This document shows, in pieces, positions 10,402 to 20,069 of a stretch of 64,000 nt of DNA. This DNA is from Sedimentisphaerales bacterium (GTDB lineage: Bacteria; Planctomycetota; Phycisphaerae; Sedimentisphaerales; SM23-30): NCBI GenBank assembly GCA_963663805.2, contig CAXXMR010000003.1, positions 160,001 to 224,000 of the forward strand, read 5' to 3'. How positions within the stretch are numbered: the stretch's first letter is position 1; each line of letters begins with the position of its first letter. The notes beneath the pieces were generated by a model. The model had not been told where the DNA came from. It saw only the letters and a program-made list of their open reading frames with translations, and searched no databases. The translations under genes were made by a program, and so were the position numbers.

Positions 10402-11850
10402 CAATCCTGTTCGGCACATTTATTGCTCAAATACAGTTTTTCTGTGGTCTTTGCAGTTCATATGATTTAGCGGGGATTATCCCTCAGTGGGACTGTCGGC
10501 ACTGGTTATTTTGGCGCAGCATCAGCGGCAGCGGCGATTTTTTTGAGGATCGGCCTTAGTTTTGGCTTTGGAGTTTATTGATATGGTTCTGCATTTCTTG
10601 CTCGTCGGCCATGCCGCAGAGGTGCCAGCAGAGCATTTCGTAGGTTCTTAAAGTTGGTTTTTTGCCCGTCCACAGGCTGATCAGCATACAGGCGATAATC
10701 GCGGCGTACATCTGTAGTTCGATACCGTTTTCGCAGAGGCTTAGCAGATGTCGGCAGCCCAGCACATGCTTAAAAAAGCGGAAAAATATTTCGATGGCCC
10801 AGCGTTTCTGATAGAGCAGGGCAATGACTTCGGCGTCCAGGTCCAGCCGGTCGGTGGCAATCAAAATCATCTCACTCTGACGTGGTCCCTGGCCCCGTTT
10901 CAAATGCGGTTGACATTCAACCGCTATCAGGCGTAACGGTTGTTTGAAATCTTCCCGCAGTTTTTCACTGCTGCCGGCGATTACCGTACGATCAAAAATT
11001 ATCCCCGCTTTTCGAGCATCTTCAGTTAAAGGTTTTTCCTGAATAGTTTCGTAAACCGTATCCTCACGCAGCCGACAGACAAAAGAGCTTTTACTATCCA
11101 CAATGGCCTGAAACAGCTTAAAACAGGCATATCCGCGATCATTGACATAAATCCGGCCGGGCTGAAGATTCTCTAAAAAAACCTTTCGCTCATCAGACTT
11201 GTCTTCACTGATATTTATTTTCAGAGGCACATATTTTTCCAGATCAAACTGAGTGTGTGCTTTAATTCCGGGTTTGTCGGTGTCCCAGGCAGCCTGAGTG
11301 AGTTTTTGCAAAGCCTGAATACTGCTGCCGTCCACCAGGGTAATGACCTGACCGACTTCCAGTTTTTTGTCCTGAGATATCGGCCCTAACTGCTCAGTGA
11401 GTTGAGCGATTATCGGCTCTAACAAAGAACTCTCAAAAACCCGGGATGCTTCCGAAAGCGAACCCAGCGAAGCACGCGAACAACCCAACAGCCGCTGTAC
11501 CTTTTTGAGCTCGCCGGCCTGCTGCAAAGACCGGATGGAACTGCAGATCGGATTGAACATGTATAACAGCAGCAGACTGACATACTGGTCCATGAATAAT
11601 GTGCGATTGCCGGCCCGGTCCCGCTCACATCCCGCCGAGTGAAGACCTTTCAGCAGAGCCGAGAGGGACTTGAAATACTTGAACCCACGCAGGTCCCGCT
11701 CCTTGATTTTCTGACGCTTAGCACTCATGCCTCCTATTAGAGCATAAATATCCCTCGAGCGCAAATTACCTATCTTAACATTTCGGGTTTTTTTAAAAAA
11801 AAATACAGGAGGCCAAAAGCCTAAAGCAATAAATGTGCCGAACAGGATTG
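10402..11850 (-). mobile_element. IS4-family insertion sequence
   Basis: Perfect 26-bp TIR caatcctgttcggcacatttattgct (10402-10427 / 11825-11850); 9-bp target duplication TATAAAATA (10393-10401, 11851-11859). Confidence 0.95.
10556..11728 (-). CDS. IS4-family DDE transposase
   Basis: LVDGSS, YVNDRGY, LYQKRWAIEIFFRFFK (Y-R-E-K signature); GGAGG RBS before MSAKRQ. Confidence 0.92.
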   Translation of the reverse strand: MSAKRQKIKERDLRGFKYFKSLSALLKGLHSAGCERDRAGNRTLFMDQYVSLLLLYMFNPICSSIRSLQQAGELKKVQRLLGCSRASLGSLSEASRVFESSLLEPIIAQLTEQLGPISQDKKLEVGQVITLVDGSSIQALQKLTQAAWDTDKPGIKAHTQFDLEKYVPLKINISEDKSDERKVFLENLQPGRIYVNDRGYACFKLFQAIVDSKSSFVCRLREDTVYETIQEKPLTEDARKAGIIFDRTVIAGSSEKLREDFKQPLRLIAVECQPHLKRGQGPRQSEMILIATDRLDLDAEVIALLYQKRWAIEIFFRFFKHVLGCRHLLSLCENGIELQMYAAIIACMLISLWTGKKPTLRTYEMLCWHLCGMADEQEMQNHINKLQSQN

Positions 11851-11942
11851 TATAAAATACGCAAAAATAAGAACTTAAAACTTTTTCCGGGAAGACTATT
11901 TAGGCCTATATCTGTTATGTTAAAATACCGTATTAACCACGA

Positions 11943-11972
11943 TTGACAAGGGACGCTCACTTTGTGTATAAT
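11943..11972 (+). promoter_or_regulatory. Sigma70-type promoter upstream of the 12054 gene
   Basis: TTGACA-N18-TATAAT. Confidence 0.6.
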
Positions 11973-12053
11973 ACCCGGGCTCGAATGGGAGTTTTCGGTT
12001 TGGGTGCATAACTTGCGATTTATCAATATATTACGCCTGAAAGGGGGTAAGCC

Positions 12054-14351
12054 TTGAACTTTAAGTCAGTGGTTTTTATACTAACTTTGTCTCTATCCGT
12101 TTGGGCTGGTAATTATTCTGGTGGTGACGGCACCACGGTCACTCCCTATCAAATTTCTACTTCCGTCGATTGGCAGGAACTGACCTACCCTCCCACAGGC
12201 TGGTCAGGCAACTTTGTCTTGACCAAAGACGTTGACCTATCTTTACTAACGTCACTTACACCCGATACCATAACTTACTCAGGTTTTACCAAAATTTCAT
12301 TATTGGAAAATACAGCAGGGGCTATCCAGATAGAAATCTATAGCCTTGTTGCTCGAACCATTAACTGGACTGTTACCGGTGCGGAATCGTGTTCATGGAT
12401 TGCCGACGTCAATCCTGACACCGGAATCGTCAGCCCCTCAGTGACTGCCGCTGTAATCATCAGTATCGATCCTAATGGCCTGACCCCCGGAAACTACTCT
12501 ACCGAACTATCATTAAACCCGGATACCGGTAATTCTGTCCCCATACCAATTTATTTGTATGTCACTGACGAACAGGAAACCTTCCATTATATTGGATTCC
12601 GATTTAGCAATGAAACAACCGCATACCCTGTGGTGGCAATAGATCCAAATTCTCAAAGATATGTTTTTGTCTGGCAGGATTTTGATAATCAGGATAGTGA
12701 TAATTTATCCATATACGCCTCTATTTTTGATTATGACCAGAGATGGATTGTTATCCGCCAGGGTATAGAGGATCAATATGGCGTCGATTGTAATACTCCT
12801 GCGATCTCCATTAATTCTCACAGCAAATTCGTAACCGCTTGGTCCAGCCCCGACAGCGACGAAAATGGTATTTACGCGCGTTTAATGAATATCGACGCGA
12901 ATTCACTTACAGAGGTGTTCCCTGTTAACGACATTACCGTTGGTCAACAACTAAACCCACAGGTCGCGATGAACGACCAGGGGCGAATCGCTGCGGTATG
13001 GACTAGTGGCCAAGATTATCAGTGGAAAATAGCAGGCCGGTTATTCGACGATATCGGACATCCGCTGGGTTCCGAATTTGATGTTACCACCGAGCCTAAC
13101 AGTATTTCTCCCAAAGTTGCCATGCACAGCGACGGTAGTTTCGCTGTTACTTGGATAACTCAATCTGGCCTTTCTGAATACAAACTTGGTTTACAGATTT
13201 TCGATCCTAACGGCGACCCCGAGCCCAATGCGGTATATATTCAGGAAACCAACTACGAACTTGCCTCACCCGATATCGATATGATGAGTGATGGTTCGAT
13301 GATAGTCGTATGGGGCGCGGCGCCATCAGTCGTTACCGATAGTGAAATTTACGCCCAGCGGTTCGATCTCAACGGCAATGCCCTTACGAGTGTTTTTATT
13401 GTCAATGAATATAGTTTTGGCCGACAGGAATTGCCTTCAGTTTCAGTTTCTCAGGATGATGATTTTATAATTGTCTGGCAAAGTGAAGAAGCAGACGGCA
13501 ACGACTTCGGAATCTGTGGCCGAAAATATACTCCCGATGCAACCGCTTATGATTCCGAATTCACTATCAATACTTACTATTATCGCAAACAGCATCACCC
13601 TGATGTTGCTTACAATGGTGGCGATAACTTCCTGGCTGCCTGGATACACGATGAGCAGCTCTGTTGGGATGATTATGGTGAGACAGTCTGCCGAGATACT
13701 CCACATGTTCATGCTCAGGCAGGCCTAAAACCTTACTTATCATGTTCATGTCAAGGAACAGACCTGACCAGCGATGGCTATATTGACTTCAATGACCTGA
13801 TTGCCCTCGCGGAAAAATGGCTGACCTGGCATAGTGATTTTTCACATATTGGCAATGCTGACGGTCAAATAGATATGGCCGATTTCACCGGGCTCAACTT
13901 TTATTTGAATACATGCTGTAAGGATCTGCATCCGTCGATTGCTGAAGCCTATAAACCTTATTGTCAGGCAAGATTAAGAAATATCGGAATATCTATCATC
14001 CTTTATCAAAATCAGAATCGTGACCAAAACCCGCCAGATTTAGATACGCTTATTTTAGAGACAGATCTGTCGCCGGAAAAATTAACCTGCCCCTTGGACT
14101 GCCCGGACATCGACGGAGAAAGTTATGCCTATCGTGGTGCTGACCTCAACGCATCGGCCCACTCGGATTTAATTTTAGCATACGACAAATACGAAAACCA
14201 CGGTGACCAGTCCAGAAATGTCTTGTTTGCAAACTGCCGTGTCGAAACCATGACCGAAGCTGAATTCCAGGCCGCTATCGATTGGGACAATGAATATCGC
14301 CGCAACACCTATAACCTCGCAGAAAAACCGGTTCCCTGGGGCGGCAACTAA
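12054..14351 (+). CDS. Secreted mosaic protein: GLUG-like N-terminal motif, BACON-like Ig domain, propeller-like repeats, dockerin-like pair, C-terminal DUF1559-like domain
   Basis: Signal peptide; YSGGDGT..PYQI; repeats F.VN....Q..P.VA....F...W; TDLTSDGYIDFNDL...KWL; CQARLRNIGISIILYQNQN...CP...NHGDQSRNVLFANCRV. Confidence 0.7.
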   Translation: MNFKSVVFILTLSLSVWAGNYSGGDGTTVTPYQISTSVDWQELTYPPTGWSGNFVLTKDVDLSLLTSLTPDTITYSGFTKISLLENTAGAIQIEIYSLVARTINWTVTGAESCSWIADVNPDTGIVSPSVTAAVIISIDPNGLTPGNYSTELSLNPDTGNSVPIPIYLYVTDEQETFHYIGFRFSNETTAYPVVAIDPNSQRYVFVWQDFDNQDSDNLSIYASIFDYDQRWIVIRQGIEDQYGVDCNTPAISINSHSKFVTAWSSPDSDENGIYARLMNIDANSLTEVFPVNDITVGQQLNPQVAMNDQGRIAAVWTSGQDYQWKIAGRLFDDIGHPLGSEFDVTTEPNSISPKVAMHSDGSFAVTWITQSGLSEYKLGLQIFDPNGDPEPNAVYIQETNYELASPDIDMMSDGSMIVVWGAAPSVVTDSEIYAQRFDLNGNALTSVFIVNEYSFGRQELPSVSVSQDDDFIIVWQSEEADGNDFGICGRKYTPDATAYDSEFTINTYYYRKQHHPDVAYNGGDNFLAAWIHDEQLCWDDYGETVCRDTPHVHAQAGLKPYLSCSCQGTDLTSDGYIDFNDLIALAEKWLTWHSDFSHIGNADGQIDMADFTGLNFYLNTCCKDLHPSIAEAYKPYCQARLRNIGISIILYQNQNRDQNPPDLDTLILETDLSPEKLTCPLDCPDIDGESYAYRGADLNASAHSDLILAYDKYENHGDQSRNVLFANCRVETMTEAEFQAAIDWDNEYRRNTYNLAEKPVPWGGN

Positions 14352-14767
14352 CCTTGGAATGATCGCCCCTTATAGCCAGCAAATCTTCTCGGATATTAAA
14401 ACGGAAGATATAAAATGTCATAACTATCCGAAGAATTCCGAAATCCACACCTTTCGGGGTCAACCCGGGATAAGGGTTTGTTAAGCGGAACCGCAAAATT
14501 TGGGCGAAAACCAAGGTGCCATCAGAGAGCAAAAAAACGTAGAGCGCCGGTCAAGAATTTCCAGAGAGGTTCCGAGAGTCTGGCCAGGAAAACCATTGTT
14601 TTTGGTGGGCGAGTTTGGCGACAGTTCGCCAAAATAGAGTTATTGCGAGTAATTGCCAACTTTGCAAAAAGAAGCCAACTGGGCGTAAAAGTGGCGTAAC
14701 AGCGGTATTTCAACGCAAAAAGCCCACCGGCTATCACCAGCGGGCCCTCCATCGTCTGTAAAGCAAA

Positions 14768-14790
14768 CAGGCCCGGAATTTCCGGGCCTG
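14768..14790. terminator. GC-rich hairpin, possible terminator
   Basis: caggcccggaa-t-ttccgggcctg, 11-bp perfect inverted repeat. Confidence 0.4.
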
Positions 14791-14801
14791 CTCGATATTC
14801 C

Positions 14802-14903
14802 CTCCCCAAAACATACGAATTTCGGAATTGCTAAAATGATTAACGGCCATGTGTCCAACTCGGGACCCCGAAGCCAACCAAAAAAGCCTGCGCTCTATGT
14901 TTT
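14802..14903 (+). repeat. 102-bp direct repeat, copy 1
   Basis: Identical to 38275-38376 except two substitutions. Confidence 0.95.
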
Positions 14904-15307
14904 ATAAATCCTTATAAATAAATACCTTATGCCACACTCGCGTTTTTGCGTTATTTTGTCTCATTTTTCACGCAACCATCTCGGCGTACCAAGAATTATT
15001 CACTTTGCCTTGGTTTTCCAGAGGTCCACCGCCTCAAGCGGCACTTGTAGCCCAAATATACCTCAATATTCGCTAACCTTGTTAACTAGCGGGTTAACGA
15101 TCTGCAGTGTAATTCTAATCGGTGTGTCGTAAGTTTGCAAGCTATCCATTGCTTGACATGCCCGATAACAGTATTACATACTACACAAAGGGCATTGCCT
15201 ACTACGAGATTACATTTTTCTTGTTTTAATAACAAGTTTTTTTGGCTATTATGCCAGTCCAATTTATAAAGAAATTGATCTTTTTTAGAAAAATAAATGA
15301 ACGACGC

Positions 15308-15336
15308 TTGACTTTACATCAAATCGAATACATAAT
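15308..15336 (+). promoter_or_regulatory. Putative higBA promoter
   Basis: TTGACT-N17-CATAAT, about 20 bp before the higB ATG with GAGG RBS. Confidence 0.55.
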
Positions 15337-15355
15337 GTACTCGTGAGGATCAAGA

Positions 15356-15661
15356 ATGAGAATCATTGCTAAGCCGATACTGATCGAATATTGGACAAAA
15401 CACCGCCGAGAAAAAACTTCTTTAGAAAATTGGTACAAGGTCGTCCAAAAGGCGAATTGGACAAAGCCAGACGATATTAAACGGACGTTTAACAGCGTTG
15501 ATCCATATCGAAAGGATAACCGGCTTTATCATATATTTGATGTTGGCGGCAACAATACACGGGTGCTTGTGAACATCCATTTTAATACAAGGATTGTTTA
15601 TATCCGGCAGATAATGACGCATAACGAGTATAGCAAAGAAAAATGGAAAGAAACCCTCTAA
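15356..15661 (+). CDS. higB: HigB-family toxin
   Basis: MRIIA...L.NWY....A.W..P.DIK.TF..VD...FDVGGNN.R...IHF..IVYIR..MTH.EY. Confidence 0.9.
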   Translation: MRIIAKPILIEYWTKHRREKTSLENWYKVVQKANWTKPDDIKRTFNSVDPYRKDNRLYHIFDVGGNNTRVLVNIHFNTRIVYIRQIMTHNEYSKEKWKETL

Positions 15662-15678
15662 AGCATGAGGATATATTA

Positions 15679-16092
15679 ATGGCAACAGCAGCAATTAAAA
15701 AGATACCGACTGACTGGAAAGAGTTAGTTGCACAACTCTATCTGCTAAAACCGATACGCACACGGGGAGATTATAATCGTGTGATGCATATCATTGAGAT
15801 GTTGGCGGGACGAACAAACCTGAACACTGACCAAGAAGCCTATCTGGAAAGTCTTTCGATTCTCGTTGAGGCGTACGAAAAAGAGCATTTTGAGATTGAG
15901 CCGAAAAGTACCCCACTGGAAACGCTGAAGTTTCTGCTCAAGCAGAATGGTTTAAACGGCTCAGATCTAGGGCGAATTTTAGGGCAGCGTCAAGTGGGTT
16001 CTAAAATCCTGAGAGGCGAGCGAAATTTAAGCAAGGCGCACATAAAAACGCTGGCAGAACATTTCTCGGTTGACTCCAGCTTGTTTTTGTAA
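15679..16092 (+). CDS. higA: HigA-family HTH antitoxin
   Basis: KPIRT..DY, LSILVEAYEKEHF, C-terminal HTH LKFLLKQNGL..SDLGRILG...SKILRGER.LSK.HIK.LAEHF. Confidence 0.9.
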   Translation: MATAAIKKIPTDWKELVAQLYLLKPIRTRGDYNRVMHIIEMLAGRTNLNTDQEAYLESLSILVEAYEKEHFEIEPKSTPLETLKFLLKQNGLNGSDLGRILGQRQVGSKILRGERNLSKAHIKTLAEHFSVDSSLFL

Positions 16093-16164
16093 TCCAGCTC
16101 TATGAGCGGCTGTGTGAATATATGGGTACCACGGCCTGCATCATGTCTACAGACGGGTAGCCTA

Positions 16165-16779
16165 ATGCATCCTTTTCCAACAGACCCTAAGAAAATCAAA
16201 CAACGCATCAGACGTTATGAACGAAGTCTGAGGGGCGAGAATTCTATATATGGTGATCGTGATGGTTACGGCAAAAGGTTTTTACTTGGCCCTCTTTATT
16301 TTTTGCTGGGAAATACCCAAGAGACCTTAGAGCATTACGAATGGTATCAAAAAAACTACCCGGGAGATTCTGGTTTCGCTTTGAATTTCCTGTGTTGGGC
16401 GATCACATTATTCCGTCATGGAAATCGTGAAGAAGCCGAAAAGAAATTTATAAACACCATGCTGTCAAACATTCACCTAATCCCATATATATTGGGACAC
16501 GAAACACCTTCTCTGGATTCATGGGAGGATCGGTATTTTAACGAGTTAATGGAGATCGAAAACTTTCCTCATGAAATTCTCGAATGTATTACAAGCGAAG
16601 AAATGGAATGGGTATCCACAGTTTATAACAGTTCAAAAATAACGTCCATCCGCAAGGCATACACCACTATTGATGACCAGCTGGAACATCTTCCACGAGG
16701 AGAGAAAAGGGCGAAATTATGTAACGAACTTTTTAAAATAAGGGCTCTGGATTTCAGCGGAATAAATCTTCCAGAATAG
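16165..16779 (+). CDS. Hypothetical protein, TPR-like helical
   Basis: Open ORF of about 204 aa; GKRFLLGPLYFLLG...LEHYEWY, LCWAITLFRHGNREEA helical-repeat pattern. Confidence 0.55.
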   Translation: MHPFPTDPKKIKQRIRRYERSLRGENSIYGDRDGYGKRFLLGPLYFLLGNTQETLEHYEWYQKNYPGDSGFALNFLCWAITLFRHGNREEAEKKFINTMLSNIHLIPYILGHETPSLDSWEDRYFNELMEIENFPHEILECITSEEMEWVSTVYNSSKITSIRKAYTTIDDQLEHLPRGEKRAKLCNELFKIRALDFSGINLPE

Positions 16780-16920
16780 ACTTGCCCCACTCAAAAATTC
16801 ATGCTTGTTGAAATCTAGTAAGCTGCCGATAGGAAAGCTTGCAGTTTTATCAGTGAAACATATGACGGATTTATATGGGTGTTTAAGGGCGATCAATATC
16901 AAACAACCGAAGTGGAAAGC

Positions 16921-18114
16921 ATGTATCACAACATCGAGACCCTCAGCATTGTTATTTCCTATCTCATCAAAGCCGTAGTATTAACCACTCAATTTTCCGG
17001 CCAGGCCAGAAAACGCCAACTGAAGCGAGTAGCCCAAATGGATATTGACGAAAAGGATAAGGAAATATTCTTTCTTCGTGACAAAGTTTATCAGCAGGCC
17101 ATCCAAATCAGCATACTACAAAAAGGCTTGAAGAAAAAAGACACCAACAAACGCTATACGCTTGACGAGAAATTGTTCATCCTGAATTACGTTGAAGCTT
17201 TTCAGATTCCCAGGAACAAGCTCTCTGAGTATGTCGGCATCGCCAAATCAACTTACTATCGCTGGATGCGCAATATTGAAACCCAAGTCAAACAGAGGAT
17301 ACCTGCAAACAAAACTCCTTCCGAGATCGCCGCATTAGTCTGGGAGATTGCCAAGAATAATACCAACTGGGGCAGAGTGAGGATAGCCAGCCAACTGGTC
17401 TTGCTGAAAGTTTTTATTTCAGCTTCCACCGTCAGAAATATCCTCAATCGTCCTCAACCCAGAAATCCTCAAACACCTCCAGGCAAGCAGCAGGCCGAAG
17501 AACAAACGCAAGAGCGATCTATCCCTGCTTGGTATCCCAATCATGTCTGGTCAATTGACAACACGTCAGTGTTTTGCTGGGGGCTCTGGGAAATCCATGT
17601 TTGCCTGATTATCGATCATTACTCGCGAAAGATTATGGCCGTTGCTCCGCTGGAAGGTAGAAACGCCGGTTGGGTATGCGAACTATTGGGTAACACCATC
17701 GAAAAATATGGACCACCCAAACACATCATCTCCGATCAGGGCAGCGTTTTCATTAGCCAGGCTTTCAATGATTTATTGGGAGATCACATCAAACACCGCT
17801 ATGGAGCCATCGGCAAACATGGCTCAATTGCCGTGACGGAAAGAGCCAATAAAACTCTAAAATACGAATGGCTCAAAAGAGTCGTACTCATCAGAGGATT
17901 CAACCATCTGGATGATCTCTGTGGCGAATTCCAAACCTGGTACAACCAATGGCGTCCCCACATGTCACTTGATGGCTTAAGGCCGGATGATGTATTCTAT
18001 GGCAACAAACCAGAAATGCTTGGCCATGATGCTAAAGAAGTGCCGCCCAATATTGAGCAACGGTATTTCAGCCAAACCCGAACAATGGGCTATCGGCTAA
18101 AACAGTCTGCTTGA
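16921..18114 (+). CDS. rve-type DDE integrase/transposase (IS3/IS481-like)
   Basis: HTH GIAKSTYYRW, WG..RIA..L, PNHVWSID, IISDQG, ERANKTLK, WYNQWRPHMSL; TIRs not identified. Confidence 0.85.
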   Translation: MYHNIETLSIVISYLIKAVVLTTQFSGQARKRQLKRVAQMDIDEKDKEIFFLRDKVYQQAIQISILQKGLKKKDTNKRYTLDEKLFILNYVEAFQIPRNKLSEYVGIAKSTYYRWMRNIETQVKQRIPANKTPSEIAALVWEIAKNNTNWGRVRIASQLVLLKVFISASTVRNILNRPQPRNPQTPPGKQQAEEQTQERSIPAWYPNHVWSIDNTSVFCWGLWEIHVCLIIDHYSRKIMAVAPLEGRNAGWVCELLGNTIEKYGPPKHIISDQGSVFISQAFNDLLGDHIKHRYGAIGKHGSIAVTERANKTLKYEWLKRVVLIRGFNHLDDLCGEFQTWYNQWRPHMSLDGLRPDDVFYGNKPEMLGHDAKEVPPNIEQRYFSQTRTMGYRLKQSA

Positions 18115-18377
18115 ATTTTGGTCAATCCCGTCCCTCATCAAAAAATACGCATGCGCAGATTTTGTGTTTCACAGGAGAAACGCCCGAAAATCCGACGATT
18201 TACCATTCAGCATCCTTTGATAACGCTGAATCTGAACTCATATAAACTTTTCAAAGAGCAAAATTATCAAATTTCAGCCGCGTTAAAGCGGTATCGCGCT
18301 TGCTTGAACAAATACACCCTTAACTCTTGCCATCGCAAACCTTGCATTAGTTGTCAGCTTTTTGAGATGAGGCCCAA

Positions 18378-19976
18378 TTATTTATCCAGTTTGCGATAGT
18401 TCACATTCAGAGAATCCAGACGCTGGAGGTGTTTTTCTAACCGGCTCCGGAATTCCGGGAAATCTTTGGTCGTGTTGGCTGACCAAGCGATTTCTGCCAA
18501 GGCAATGACGCGTGGATAAGCCATGTACTCGGCTTTCTGTGGTGTGGAAATATATTCAGTCCAAACATTGCCTTGTATGCCTAATATGTATTTTACCTGT
18601 TGGGGCAGAAGTTCTTTGGGGATAGGTTCGTAGGAATATACTTTTTCCAGCGGTAAATTTCCTCCAATAGCCAGTGGTTCATTTTCTTCGGGCCCCTGGT
18701 AATAGTTCAGGTAGCAGTGTTTTGTGGGCGACATTATGACATAATGTTTGGTTTGGGCTGCGGTAATGCCGCCTTTCTCGCCACGCCAGGACATCACCGC
18801 AGCGTTGGGCGAGAGTCCGCCTTCTATGATTTCATCCCACCCGATCAGGGTGCGACCGGCATTATTAATGTATTTTTCCATACGTTTGATAAAGTAGGAC
18901 TGAAGCTCGTGTTCGTCCTTTAGATTTTCGGCTTTTATGCGTGCCTGGCATTTGGCGCATTCTTTCCAGCGATCCTTGGGGCATTCGTCACCACCGACAT
19001 GAATATACTTACCGGGAAAAAGTTCAAAAACTTCATCGAGGACATTTTGTAAGAAGGTAAATGTTTCGTCGTTGCCCGCACAATATACATCTTTGAATAT
19101 GCCCCAGCGAGTGGCAACCTTGTGCGGACCGCCGGTGCAAGATAATTCAGGATACGCGGCAATCGCTGCCAGGCTATGGCCTGGCATTTCGATTTCTGGA
19201 ACGATGCTTATATATCGCTCAGCGGCGTATTGGACGATATTCTTGATTTCCTGTTGAGTGTAAAAGCCACCGTGTCTTTTGCTGTCGAATTTCCAGGGTT
19301 TATTATTTCTGGCGTGACCAATGAGAGTCTCATCTCGCCAGGCGGAGATTTCAGTGAGCTTTGGATATTTCTTTATCTCGATGCGCCAACCTTGGTCTTC
19401 GGTGAGATGCCAGTGGAAGGTATTGAGTTTGTGCAGGGCCATGAGGTCGAGGTATTTCTTGATAAAATCCACAGGCATATAATGACGGCCAACATCGAGA
19501 TGCAGACCACGCCATTTAAAACGGGGAGTATCTTTAATTGTAACGGCTGGTATAGTCCACGCGGTATTTTGTCTGGTTTTTGCATAAACTTCCGGTGGTA
19601 AAAGCTGGAGCAGGGTTTGGATCCCGTAAAAGATGCCCGCTTCAGTTAATGCGATTATGTTTACAGATTTGGGGGTTGATGTCAGGTTGTATGCTTCCGG
19701 GTCAGAGTCGGCATCAGCGATGATTTGAAGGTGAATGTAATTGCTTTGGGGCGGAGTTGCAGAGATTTTTAGATCAAAACCTGTAGCCGGAGCCATTTGG
19801 TTATTCAGGTAGTCAGTGAGCCTTGAAGGGGCAATGATAACAGTGTCGCGATTTAATATAAACTGCCCTTGCAAAACTGCCATTGATTCTGGCTGAGGGA
19901 TTATATGAATCGGCCCAGCAAAAACTTTCAATGTGATCAGGAGTGTTAATGCAATACTAGTACCATAGAATTTCAT
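18378..19976 (-). CDS. Beta-N-acetylhexosaminidase, GH20
   Basis: Signal peptide; D.PRF.WRGLHLDVGRH, FHWHLTEDQGWR, PEIEMPGH, catalytic HVGGDE, YPR..ALAE. Confidence 0.95.
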   Translation of the reverse strand: MKFYGTSIALTLLITLKVFAGPIHIIPQPESMAVLQGQFILNRDTVIIAPSRLTDYLNNQMAPATGFDLKISATPPQSNYIHLQIIADADSDPEAYNLTSTPKSVNIIALTEAGIFYGIQTLLQLLPPEVYAKTRQNTAWTIPAVTIKDTPRFKWRGLHLDVGRHYMPVDFIKKYLDLMALHKLNTFHWHLTEDQGWRIEIKKYPKLTEISAWRDETLIGHARNNKPWKFDSKRHGGFYTQQEIKNIVQYAAERYISIVPEIEMPGHSLAAIAAYPELSCTGGPHKVATRWGIFKDVYCAGNDETFTFLQNVLDEVFELFPGKYIHVGGDECPKDRWKECAKCQARIKAENLKDEHELQSYFIKRMEKYINNAGRTLIGWDEIIEGGLSPNAAVMSWRGEKGGITAAQTKHYVIMSPTKHCYLNYYQGPEENEPLAIGGNLPLEKVYSYEPIPKELLPQQVKYILGIQGNVWTEYISTPQKAEYMAYPRVIALAEIAWSANTTKDFPEFRSRLEKHLQRLDSLNVNYRKLDK

Positions 19977-20069
19977 TTTAACCTCGCTAATATTTTGTCA
20001 TGATTTCGGATTAAAACCTTTATTTTATGCATGGCCGCAATTGCGACGATACACTTATGATCCGTTAGT

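Larger units (their letters stand above)
8942..11896 (-). mobile_element. IS5-family insertion sequence carrying a nested IS4
   Basis: Imperfect 17-bp TIRs (8942 gtcgcccctgaaaaagt / actttttccgggaagac 11896, 14/17); flanking direct repeat TATTTA at 8936-8941 and 11897-11902. Confidence 0.85.

Noticed and set aside
14352..15300. Several 60-95 aa ORFs in the intergenic region
   Set aside because: Mutually overlapping with no motifs; region looks like mobile-element scar sequence
16790..18377. Defined IS boundaries around the rve integrase
   Set aside because: No convincing terminal inverted repeats or target duplication found by eye
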